Source: Mycolicibacterium smegmatis (GTDB lineage: Bacteria > Actinomycetota > Actinomycetes > Mycobacteriales > Mycobacteriaceae). Taken from it: a stretch of 32,000 nt of DNA. Where the stretch lies: the NCBI RefSeq assembly GCF_001457595.1, contig NZ_LN831039.1, positions 6,840,001-6,872,000 of the forward strand, in the 5' to 3' direction. The position numbers and the translations under genes are program-made. Under the pieces are notes generated by a model that ran no database searches, was not told the origin of the DNA, and saw only the letters and a list, made by a program, of their open reading frames with translations. This document shows, piece by piece, positions 7,198 to 15,477 of the stretch. The stretch's first letter is position 1, and the number at the start of each line of letters is the position of its first letter.

Positions 7198-9729
7198 TCA
7201 CGCCCCGGCCAGGCGCGCGGCCAGGTACGGCGCGGTGCGGCTCGCGGTGCACGCGGCGACCACCTCGGGGGTCCCGGCCGCCACCACCGTGCCGCCGTCA
7301 TCGCCACCACCGGGGCCCAGATCGACGACATGATCGGCCCTCGCCACCACCGACATGTCGTGCTCGGCCACCACCACGGTGTTGCCTGCATCGACCAGGC
7401 GGTGCAGTTGACGTTCCAGCAGTTCGACATCGGCCGGGTGCAATCCGGTGGTGGGTTCGTCGAGCACGTAGAGGGTGTGGCCGCGTTTGGCGCGCTGCAG
7501 CTCAGAGGCCAGCTTGATGCGTTGTGCCTCACCGCCGGACAGCTCGGTGGCCGGTTGTCCCAGCCGCAGGTAGCCCAGGCCGACCTCGCGCAGCGTCGTC
7601 AAACTTCTTGCCGCGCCGGGTAGATCGCTGAGGAACTCGGCGGCCTCGTCCACGGTCTGCGCCAGCACGTCGGCGATGGTCCGTCCGCGGTAGGTGACCT
7701 CGAGTGTCTCGTCGGAGTAGCGGGCACCGCCGCAGGCCGGGCAGGTCGCGTAGGTGCCGGGCAGGAACAGCAATTCGACCGCGACGAATCCCTCACCCTG
7801 ACAGGTGGCGCAGCGGCCCTCCGCGACGTTGAACGAGAACCGGCCCGCGCTCCAGCCTCTCTTGCGTGCTTCCGGGGTGTCGGCGAATGCCTTTCGGACC
7901 GCGTCGAACAAACCGGTGTAGGTCGCGAGGTTGGATCGCGGGGTGCGTCCGATGGGCCGCTGATCCACGGTGACGAGGCGATCGATGATCTCGGCGCCCT
8001 CGACCGACACACCCATACTGGCGTCGACGTCGATGTCGAGCAGTTCGGCCTCACCGTCGCCGGCGTCGTCGGGGGTCTCGACGGACTTGCCCAACTGCCT
8101 GGCCATCACGTCGCCGAGGACCTTGCACACCAGCGTCGACTTTCCCGATCCGGAAACACCGGTGACCGCGACGAACGCGCCCAGCGGGATGTCCACGTCG
8201 ACGTCGTGCAGGTTGTGGAATGTGATGCCGCGCAAGCGCATCACGCCGACCGGCGTACGCGTCGATCTGTCGGCCTGCGCGCCGTCGGTGAACAGGTAGC
8301 GCCGCGTGACCGAGGACTCGACGTCGGCGAGACCCGCGACCGGGCCGCTGTAGAGCACCTCGCCGCCCCACTCCCCCGCGCCGGGACCGACGTCCACCAC
8401 CCAGTCCGCGCGTCGCACCACGTCCATGTCGTGTTCGACCACGAACAGCGAATTGCCCGCGCGCCGAAGGCGGTCCAGCACGTCGAGCAGCGGTTCGGCG
8501 TCGGCGGGGTGCAGGCCTGCCGACGGCTCATCGAGCACGTACAGCACGCCGAACAGTCCGGCCCGCAACTGGGTCGCCAGGCGCAGGCGCTGCAGTTCGC
8601 CGGGTGACACCGACGGTGTGCGTCGGTTCAGGCTCAGGTATCCCAGCCCGAGGTCGACGAGCACCCCGATGCGGGCCACCAGATCGGCCGCGATCATGGT
8701 CGCCACCTCGGTGAATTCGCCCGACTCGGTCGATTCGTAGGCCGCGGCGAACTCGGTGCGGGTGGCCGCGGGTGTCAGGACCTCGGCCAGCGTGGTCAAC
8801 GGCAACGCCACCAGGTCGGCGATGGTGCGGCCCGCGAACGTCACCGCGAGCGCCTCGGGACGCAGGCCCGAACCGTCGCAGACGTGGCAGTCGACGCTGT
8901 TGACGTACTGCAGCACCCGGCGTCGCATCGCCGCGCTCTGCGAGTTGGCCAGCGTATGGCGGACGTGCCGTTCGGCGCTGGAGAACGTGCCGTTGTAGTA
9001 GTAGTCCGCGGTCACGGGGTGTTGGCTGGGGTCGATCTCGACCGTGGGCTGATCCTCGGTGAACAGGATCCATTCCCGTTGCCGCTTGGGCAGTTTGCGC
9101 CACGGCTTGTCGATGTCGTAGCCCAGTGTGATGAGGATGTCGCGCAGGTTCTGCCCCTGCCAGGCGCCCGGCCACGCCGCCACCGCGCCTTCACGGATGG
9201 TCAGCGACGGGTCAGGGACCAGCGTCTCCTCGGTGACCTCGTGGATGCGGCCGAGGCCGTGGCACTGCGGGCACGCCCCGATGGTGGTGTTCGGCGAGAA
9301 CGCGTCGGAGTCGAGGCGTTCCGTCGCACCGGGCGGATAGGTCCCGGCGCGGGAGAACAGCATGCGCAGCAGGTTCGACAGTGTGGTGACGGTGCCGACG
9401 GTCGATCGTGACGTCGCGGTCCCACGTCGTTGCTGTAGCGCCACGGCCGGCGGCAGGCCCGTGATGTCGTCGACCTTCGGCGCGTCCTGCGGCAACAACA
9501 ATCGGCGCGCGTACGGCGCGACCGACTCGAAGTAACGGCGCTGGGCCTCGGCGTAGATTGTGCCGAACGCGAGCGAGGACTTCCCTGATCCGGACACGCC
9601 GGTGAACGCCACGAACGAGTCGCGCGGCGCGGCGACGTCGACGGTCTTGAGGTTGTGCACGCGGGAGGCGTAGACGCGTATGTACGGGTCGGGTTCGTGC
9701 GTGTCTGGTCCGGCGTTCACCGGGACCAT
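7198..9729 (-). CDS. UvrA-like ABC-ATPase (short UvrA2/drug-resistance-associated type)
   Basis: 843 aa. GVSGSGKSSLAFGTIYAEAQRRYFES, Zn-finger CHVCDGSG, second GVSGSGKSTLV, CATCQGEGF...CPACGG, and duplicated signature/Walker B LSGGEAQRIKLASEL...LYVLDEPTTGLHP. Shorter than canonical UvrA (about 950 aa). Confidence 0.88.
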   Translation of the reverse strand: MVPVNAGPDTHEPDPYIRVYASRVHNLKTVDVAAPRDSFVAFTGVSGSGKSSLAFGTIYAEAQRRYFESVAPYARRLLLPQDAPKVDDITGLPPAVALQQRRGTATSRSTVGTVTTLSNLLRMLFSRAGTYPPGATERLDSDAFSPNTTIGACPQCHGLGRIHEVTEETLVPDPSLTIREGAVAAWPGAWQGQNLRDILITLGYDIDKPWRKLPKRQREWILFTEDQPTVEIDPSQHPVTADYYYNGTFSSAERHVRHTLANSQSAAMRRRVLQYVNSVDCHVCDGSGLRPEALAVTFAGRTIADLVALPLTTLAEVLTPAATRTEFAAAYESTESGEFTEVATMIAADLVARIGVLVDLGLGYLSLNRRTPSVSPGELQRLRLATQLRAGLFGVLYVLDEPSAGLHPADAEPLLDVLDRLRRAGNSLFVVEHDMDVVRRADWVVDVGPGAGEWGGEVLYSGPVAGLADVESSVTRRYLFTDGAQADRSTRTPVGVMRLRGITFHNLHDVDVDIPLGAFVAVTGVSGSGKSTLVCKVLGDVMARQLGKSVETPDDAGDGEAELLDIDVDASMGVSVEGAEIIDRLVTVDQRPIGRTPRSNLATYTGLFDAVRKAFADTPEARKRGWSAGRFSFNVAEGRCATCQGEGFVAVELLFLPGTYATCPACGGARYSDETLEVTYRGRTIADVLAQTVDEAAEFLSDLPGAARSLTTLREVGLGYLRLGQPATELSGGEAQRIKLASELQRAKRGHTLYVLDEPTTGLHPADVELLERQLHRLVDAGNTVVVAEHDMSVVARADHVVDLGPGGGDDGGTVVAAGTPEVVAACTASRTAPYLAARLAGA

Positions 9730-9749
9730 TGTTCACGAGTGTGCGCTGA

Positions 9750-10355
9750 TCAGGTCGGCAACTTGATCATCGAGGCGTACATCTCGACCATCGGCCGGTA
9801 GAGGTCGACGTTGTCGAGTTCGCTGCTCAGCACCACCGAATCGCTCGTCGCGACCAGCGCGTGGGCAAAGGTCTCCGGTGAGATCAGTAGCGTGGCACCC
9901 AGTTTCTCGATGCTCGCGACGATGAAAGCGGTCAACTGCGCGACCACCTCCGATCTCTTGGCGGCGACGCGGTCGCGCGCCTCGGGGTTGCGCTTGAGGT
10001 AGAGGGTGAACTCCAGGCCGAGCGCGGCCTGCTCGGCGCCCCGGTCGACGCTGAGCTGACGCCACCGCTTCGCGATCTCGTCGAGTTCTCGCGCCCCGAC
10101 GCTGGCGGCCGAGGCCATCACCTCGGCGAAGTTGTCGAAGTAGCGCCGCCAATAGCGGTCGCTGACCGCCAGGAACAGGTCCTCCTTGGTGGCGAAGTGC
10201 TTGTAGATGGCGCCCTTGGTGTAGCCGGCCGCGAACGCGATGTCATCGAGTGTCGCTGCGGTGAAGCCCTTTTCACTGAACACGTTCTCAGCCGCGTCGA
10301 GCAGCAGCGAGCGCGTGTGCTCGAGGCGTCGCTCACGGGTCCAGCGCTCAACCAT
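9750..10355 (-). CDS. TetR family transcriptional regulator
   Basis: 201 aa with a TetR HTH: LLDAAENVFSEKGFTAATLDDIAFAAGYTKGAIYKHFATKEDLFLAV. Confidence 0.94.
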   Translation of the reverse strand: MVERWTRERRLEHTRSLLLDAAENVFSEKGFTAATLDDIAFAAGYTKGAIYKHFATKEDLFLAVSDRYWRRYFDNFAEVMASAASVGARELDEIAKRWRQLSVDRGAEQAALGLEFTLYLKRNPEARDRVAAKRSEVVAQLTAFIVASIEKLGATLLISPETFAHALVATSDSVVLSSELDNVDLYRPMVEMYASMIKLPT

Positions 10356-10389
10356 GGCAGAAGTCTGCCACAGGATTCTGAGAACCCAT

Positions 10390-10415
10390 TGAGTTACTCA
10401 GATACTCGTGGGTAT
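10390..10415. promoter_or_regulatory. Candidate TetR operator region between divergent genes
   Basis: TGAGTTACTCA (10390-10400, odd palindrome) is followed by ATACTCGTGGGTAT (10402-10415, one mismatched pair in the arms). Both lie in the 105-bp divergent intergenic region. Confidence 0.4.
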
Positions 10416-10460
10416 ATTTCCGGACACCGCGCCACTGACGCGCGACGAGGAGGCTTTGTA

Positions 10461-11621
10461 GTGAGCGAACTGTCCGACAAGAAGGCCGCGGCCACCGAAT
10501 CGCTGCGCAGCGTGGGCCGCCTCGATGCGCCGCCTGCCGCCAAACCCTCGCGACGCGTCAAGATCTGGGCCACCGCGGGCGGCATCATCCTGGCCTTCCA
10601 GATCTACGTCTGGATCCGCTGGATAACCGGCCCGTACTTCACGCGCGTGGATCCCGGGCCCACCGATCCCCCGACCTTCATGAAGATCGCCCTGATGATG
10701 TGGCAGATCGGGTCGCCGGTGCTGTTCCCGGTCGCCATCTGGTGGTTCATCATCCGGCCGTGGCGACGTGAACGACGGATCACGCTCGACGGCATGATCA
10801 TGGTGTCCACCGGGCTGTTCTTCTTCCAGGACCCGCTGCTCAACTACATCAACACGTGGTGCACGTACAACGCGTGGGCGTTCAACATGGGCTCGTGGGC
10901 GCCGCACGTACCGGGCTGGATGTCCCCCGAGAAGCCCGGCGCGCAGGTGGCAGAACCGTTGGGCATCAACGTCTCCGGATACGCCTACGGAGTGCTGCTG
11001 TGTACGATCCTGGGCTGCTGGATCATGCGCAAGGCCCAGCAGCGCTGGCCCAACCTTGGCACCAAAGGCCTGATCGGCGTCGCGTTCGCGTGGGGTTTCG
11101 TCTTCGACTTCGTCATGGAGGGCCTGGTCCTCATGCCGCTGGGGATGTACACGTTCCCCGGCGCCATCCAGTCTCTGTCGATCAACGCGGGCACCTACTA
11201 CCAGTGGCCGATCTACGAGGGCCTCATGTGGGGCGGTGTACAGGCCGCGCTGTGCTGCCTGCGGTTCTTCACCGACGACCGCGGCCGCACCGTCGTCGAG
11301 AAGGGACTCGACAACGTGCGCGGCGGTTTCGCCAAGCAACAGTTGGTCCGCTTCCTGGCGATCTTCGCCGCGATCAGCGCGTCGTTCTTCACCTTCTACA
11401 TCGTTCCCGCGCAGTTCATGTCGACGCACGCCGATCCGTGGCCCGAGGATGTGCAGAAGAGGTCGTACTTCACCTCGGGCATCTGCGGTGACGGCACCGA
11501 CCGCCCGTGCCCGCATCCGGACCTGCCCATCCCCACCAAACACTCGGGGTACATCAACGTCGACGGCGAACTCGTCCTGCCCGAGGGTGTGGAGATGCCG
11601 GCTGTGGTTCCCCATGAGTGA
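10461..11621 (+). CDS. AveC-family (spirocyclase-like) membrane protein
   Basis: About 386 aa, multiple TM segments. FFFQDPLLNYINTWCTYNAWAFNMGSWAPHVPGW...FVFDFVMEGLVLMPLGMYTFPGA...YYQWPIYEG resembles spirocyclase AveC family proteins. GTG start at 10461. Confidence 0.75.
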   Translation: MSELSDKKAAATESLRSVGRLDAPPAAKPSRRVKIWATAGGIILAFQIYVWIRWITGPYFTRVDPGPTDPPTFMKIALMMWQIGSPVLFPVAIWWFIIRPWRRERRITLDGMIMVSTGLFFFQDPLLNYINTWCTYNAWAFNMGSWAPHVPGWMSPEKPGAQVAEPLGINVSGYAYGVLLCTILGCWIMRKAQQRWPNLGTKGLIGVAFAWGFVFDFVMEGLVLMPLGMYTFPGAIQSLSINAGTYYQWPIYEGLMWGGVQAALCCLRFFTDDRGRTVVEKGLDNVRGGFAKQQLVRFLAIFAAISASFFTFYIVPAQFMSTHADPWPEDVQKRSYFTSGICGDGTDRPCPHPDLPIPTKHSGYINVDGELVLPEGVEMPAVVPHE

Positions 11622-12417
11622 CGCCGCCGTGGTGCTCGAAAACCGTTCGCCGTTCTACGTTCCCGTGGCCGACGAGGCCGAGGTGTTCCGTGCCGCGGCC
11701 CGGCGCGGCACCCCGGTGCTCCTGAAGGGGCCGACCGGATGTGGCAAGACTCGGTTCGTCGAATCGATGGCCCACGAACTGGGGCGCGACCTGATCACGG
11801 TTGCGGGGCACGAGGACATGACCTCGGCCGACCTGGTGGGCCGGTTCCTGCTCAAGGGCGGTGAAACCATCTGGGTGGACGGACCGTTGACGCGCGCCGT
11901 GCGCACGGGTGCGATCTGTTACCTCGACGAGATCGTCGAGGCGCGCCAGGACACCACCGTGGTGATCCACCCGTTGGCCGATCACCGGCGTGAACTTCCC
12001 ATCGACCGCCTGGGCACCACACTGTCGGCGGTGCCGGGATTCCAGCTCGTGATCTCCTACAACCCCGGCTATCAGAGTGTGCTCAAGAGCATCAAAGAGT
12101 CGACGCGTCAGCGCTTCATAGCCATCGAATTGGATTTTCCGCCACCGCATGTGGAGACCGAGATCGTCGCGCATGAGGCAGGCGTCGACGCGGACACCGC
12201 ACGCGCGCTGGTGTCCGTCGGCGCCGCAATCCGCAACATCGACGGCTCACCGCTGCGCGAGGTCGCCTCTACCCGCATGCTCATCCTCGCCGGCGGTCTG
12301 GTCGCCGAGGGGTTGCCCCTGCGGCGCGCGGTCCGGGCTGCGATCGTCGAGGCACTGTCCGACGATCACGACATCATCCGTGCGCTCGGTGAACTCGTGG
12401 ACGCACACCTGCCGTGA
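11614..12417 (+). CDS. MoxR-class AAA+ ATPase (CbbQ/NirQ/NorQ-like)
   Basis: Walker A GPTGCGKTRFVESMA, LITVAGHEDMTSADLVGRFLLKGGETIWVDGPL, Walker B CYLDEIVEARQDTTVVIHPL. The start overlaps the stop of the preceding gene. Confidence 0.9.
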   Translation: MSDAAVVLENRSPFYVPVADEAEVFRAAARRGTPVLLKGPTGCGKTRFVESMAHELGRDLITVAGHEDMTSADLVGRFLLKGGETIWVDGPLTRAVRTGAICYLDEIVEARQDTTVVIHPLADHRRELPIDRLGTTLSAVPGFQLVISYNPGYQSVLKSIKESTRQRFIAIELDFPPPHVETEIVAHEAGVDADTARALVSVGAAIRNIDGSPLREVASTRMLILAGGLVAEGLPLRRAVRAAIVEALSDDHDIIRALGELVDAHLP

Positions 12418-14081
12418 CATCCGGGCACGATCCGGCGCAACTGCGCCTGCTGGCAAGCCACCTGGCGGCTCGTGCCGTCGACGTCGCGGAGGCGCTGCCG
12501 GGACGCCTGCCTCATACCGATGGCCGCGTGGTGTTCGTTTCGAGCGGCGGCTCAATGGAACAGCACCGGCGCGAGGTGCTGGTGCAGGCCGGCTTGCTGG
12601 GCGCGGGCAGTCTCGATCCCGCGCTGGTCCGGGGATTGCGCGCACGGTCGGCGCTGGCGCGCCGCTATCTGGCTGTCGAGGGTCACCGGGTGCTTGCCGA
12701 TCTGGCCCGGCGGCTTCCTCTTGCCGCCGGGCTCTCCGTCGGCGGCGCGGTGACGACATGCGCCGCCGAGTCGCTCGAAGTCGCGCGCAGCCGAACGAGG
12801 GTCGACGATCCCCCGCCGTGGTTCGGCGTCATCAAACCGCTACGGATCGGATCTGAGAGTGCGGGTACACGCCCCACGGATGCGGATCTGTACTTCAAGG
12901 TGCACGCCGACGAGCACGTGCAGGACGATGAGGACGACGGTCCGTCGGAGGAGAGCAAGATCCTCAAGCTGTTCGACAACCCGCTGTTCAATTCACGAGC
13001 GGTGGGCGATTTTCTGCGCACGCTGCTCGGCTCGTCGCCCGGATCGTCGGACAGCAGTTCCGGCGGCGCGGAACTGCGCACCGGCGGCGCGCGACGTGCC
13101 CGCGCGCCGGGTCTCGAAGCCCGCCCTCTTCCGACGCGCATCAGGTTCACCGACGACGCGAACCCCGGTGCCGCGGTCGGCGTGGGCGGTGCCCTACACC
13201 CCGAATGGGACGTCTTCAGGAACTGCTACCGCCCCCAATGGTGCCGCGTGATCGACTACCCGTTCACCGCGGGCGCCGACGTCACCGCCGCGCACGTGGT
13301 CGCCGACCAGGCACTGCGCAAGCGGCTGTCCCGGATCGGCCTGGGCCCGAAGGCATTGCGGCGCAGAGCCGACGGCGACGACCTCGACATCGAGGCGCTT
13401 GTGGATCTGTCGGTGGATCTGCGGTCGGGCTGGTCGCCCCCGGAACACATCTACGTCGAACACCGCAGGACCGCGCGTGATCTCGGCGTCCTGATCCTGG
13501 TGGACGCGTCCGGATCGGCCACCGATACCGACCCCGCCGGTCTGGCCGTGCACGACCATCAGCGGCGAGCTGCCGCGACCATCGCCGCGACCCTGGAAGA
13601 TCTCGGTGACCGGGTGGCCGTGTACGCCTTCCGGTCCAGGGGTCGCAGCGCCGTGCACCTGCCCGCCATCAAGAGGTTCGACCAACGTTTCACATCACTG
13701 GCCCGGGCTCGCCTCAACCAGTTGCAACCCGCGCATTACACCCGCCTCGGGGCGGCGATCCGCGGTGCCGGCGAGATTCTCAAGGTCGAGGCAGGCACGC
13801 CGAACCGGCTGCTGCTGGTGCTGTCCGACGGTCACCCGTACGACGACGGGTACGAGGGCCGCTACGCGGAGGCCGACGCCCACCGGGCGCTGGAGGAACT
13901 GCGTGTTGACGGGGTTGCGTGCTTGTGCCTGTCGATCGGCGCCGCGGCTGAAAGCGATGCGCTGCAACGTGTGTTCGGTGCGGCCAGCCATGCGAGCGCC
14001 GCGACGCTGGGTGAACTGTCCGGGCGCATGGACGAGCTCTTCCTGGCGGCGCTGCGCGAACTGGCCGCGCCGGCTCGGTGA
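12414..14081 (+). CDS. vWA-domain protein, NorD/CbbO-like
   Basis: 555 aa. Metal-binding MIDAS in LGVLILVDASGSATDTDPAG (DxSxS), LVLSDGHPYDDGYEGRYAEADAHRALEEL. GTG start overlaps the MoxR stop (GTGA). Confidence 0.87.
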   Translation: MTSGHDPAQLRLLASHLAARAVDVAEALPGRLPHTDGRVVFVSSGGSMEQHRREVLVQAGLLGAGSLDPALVRGLRARSALARRYLAVEGHRVLADLARRLPLAAGLSVGGAVTTCAAESLEVARSRTRVDDPPPWFGVIKPLRIGSESAGTRPTDADLYFKVHADEHVQDDEDDGPSEESKILKLFDNPLFNSRAVGDFLRTLLGSSPGSSDSSSGGAELRTGGARRARAPGLEARPLPTRIRFTDDANPGAAVGVGGALHPEWDVFRNCYRPQWCRVIDYPFTAGADVTAAHVVADQALRKRLSRIGLGPKALRRRADGDDLDIEALVDLSVDLRSGWSPPEHIYVEHRRTARDLGVLILVDASGSATDTDPAGLAVHDHQRRAAATIAATLEDLGDRVAVYAFRSRGRSAVHLPAIKRFDQRFTSLARARLNQLQPAHYTRLGAAIRGAGEILKVEAGTPNRLLLVLSDGHPYDDGYEGRYAEADAHRALEELRVDGVACLCLSIGAAAESDALQRVFGAASHASAATLGELSGRMDELFLAALRELAAPAR

Positions 14082-14110
14082 GAGGACCGGCACCTATACC
14101 TGTAGGACGC

Positions 14111-14193
14111 CCTGTACGCGAGAACGACCCCATGGTCGTGAAAACACTCACCTACGCACGGAGAACGACCATGATGTCGGTCTCGCGTACAGG
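14111..14193. repeat. 83-bp structured intergenic element with 13-bp terminal inverted repeats
   Basis: CCTGTACGCGAGA (14111-14123) pairs with TCTCGCGTACAGG (14181-14193), extended by CGAC/GTCG after one mismatch. An internal hairpin ACGACC-CCAT-GGTCGT lies at 14124-14139, and GAGAACGACC is directly repeated at 14120-14129 and 14161-14170. Confidence 0.6.
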
Positions 14194-14219
14194 CCGTCGT
14201 GACGAACCAGGTGTACCCC

Positions 14220-15443
14220 TCAGGCCACCCGGCCGACGTGCTGCGCGGACTCGCCGATGGTGGCCTCAGCCTGCTCACCGATCATGGTGCGCAACAACTT
14301 CCGGTGCTCACGCTGACCACGGAGATCGGCCTTCTCGACCCCGCCGGGCAGCGCCAGGGCGGCCACACTGCGCGTGACGTTCACGGGGAGGCGCAGCAGC
14401 GGGTACCACGGCAACGCGTGTGTCGGCAGTCCCAGCGCGCTCTGTGTGCGCCGGCCCAGGAACGCGCTGGTGATCGAAAGATGCTGTGCCCGGGCGAGTC
14501 TGCGACGAAGCCCCGGCAGGGTGTCGTAGTGCCAGGTCAACGGATCCTGGACCATGGGGGCGGCCAGTTGCCTGGACGATTCGTCGGGCTCGGCCAGCGC
14601 CGACAGTGTGTGGGCCAGCACCCGGACGCTGTCGCGGAAGCTCGTTGGCAGCCAACGGTCTTCGACGCCGATCAGCCACCCGACGTAACGCGTGAGATGC
14701 GCGACCGCGCGGTACTCCGACGGTGAGAGCACCACACCCATCCCCGCGACGCCCACCGCGGGCGCGACGAGTGCGCCGACCAGCGTCGCGGCCATATCGG
14801 TCTGATTGACCGGCAGACCCCACTCGTCGGCGCGCCAGTCCGGCATGGCCGACACGTGGCGACGGACGAACGAGTGGATGAGACGCACGTGGATGGTGGA
14901 CCGGTAGCCGACGCCGAGCGGTTCGAGGCCGCCCTCGGCGATGACATCCATGGCCCACTGCATGGTCTCGGCGAAACGCTTGTTGGAGCCCTTCTCCAGC
15001 GCGCCGGTCCGCAGCAGTGTCTTGTTGAAGCCCGAGAACTGGTACCCGCCGAGCAGGGAGACGTCGCGGGCGATGTACATACCGTCGGCGCCGCCGCGGC
15101 GCAGTGCGCGCTGCCCCTTGCGCACGGTTTCCATGTCCACCCAGGCGGGCAGGGTCTCGTAGGTCCCGAAGAATTCGCGTAGCGGTTCCGGGGCGTCGGG
15201 AACGGAGGCGATGCCGTCGCGTAGCGCGCGCTCGAACAGCGGGCGCGTCTGCTCCATCCCGGTGGCGGCCATCCACTCCACCAGACGGTCCATCGGTTCG
15301 TCGCCGACGGTGAGGCGTTCGCCGAGGACGTGCCACTCCTGCGGCGTCGGCTGACGGATCGCCAGTGCGGTCGCGATGGCGCGGATGCCGGCCGGGATCG
15401 GCCGCGGACGATCCGGGTGACGCGTCGGGATCGTCACGCTCAT
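14220..15443 (-). CDS. Oxygenase MpaB family / DUF2236 protein
   Basis: About 407 aa. PTPQEWHVLGERLTVGDEPMDRLVEWM..., GGADGMYIARDVSLLGGYQFSGFNKTLLRTGAL, HVRLIHSFVRRHV, resembling mycobacterial DUF2236 proteins. ATG at 15441-15443. Confidence 0.75.
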   Translation of the reverse strand: MSVTIPTRHPDRPRPIPAGIRAIATALAIRQPTPQEWHVLGERLTVGDEPMDRLVEWMAATGMEQTRPLFERALRDGIASVPDAPEPLREFFGTYETLPAWVDMETVRKGQRALRRGGADGMYIARDVSLLGGYQFSGFNKTLLRTGALEKGSNKRFAETMQWAMDVIAEGGLEPLGVGYRSTIHVRLIHSFVRRHVSAMPDWRADEWGLPVNQTDMAATLVGALVAPAVGVAGMGVVLSPSEYRAVAHLTRYVGWLIGVEDRWLPTSFRDSVRVLAHTLSALAEPDESSRQLAAPMVQDPLTWHYDTLPGLRRRLARAQHLSITSAFLGRRTQSALGLPTHALPWYPLLRLPVNVTRSVAALALPGGVEKADLRGQREHRKLLRTMIGEQAEATIGESAQHVGRVA

Positions 15444-15451
15444 CGCGCCCT

Positions 15452-15477
15452 CCTTTGACAACGTTTGTAGTCAAAGG
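15452..15477. promoter_or_regulatory. 26-bp dyad filling the intergenic gap upstream of the DUF2236 gene
   Basis: CCTTTGAC-AACGTTTGTA-GTCAAAGG: 8-bp perfect arms plus an inner AC/GT match, 9 bp from the start codon. Confidence 0.6.

Noticed and set aside
10461-14081. The MoxR/vWA pair as part of a NO reductase or Rubisco activation locus
   Set aside because: No norB/norC or cbbL/cbbS-like gene is present in the window, so a conventional NorQ/NorD or CbbQ/CbbO assignment is not supported.
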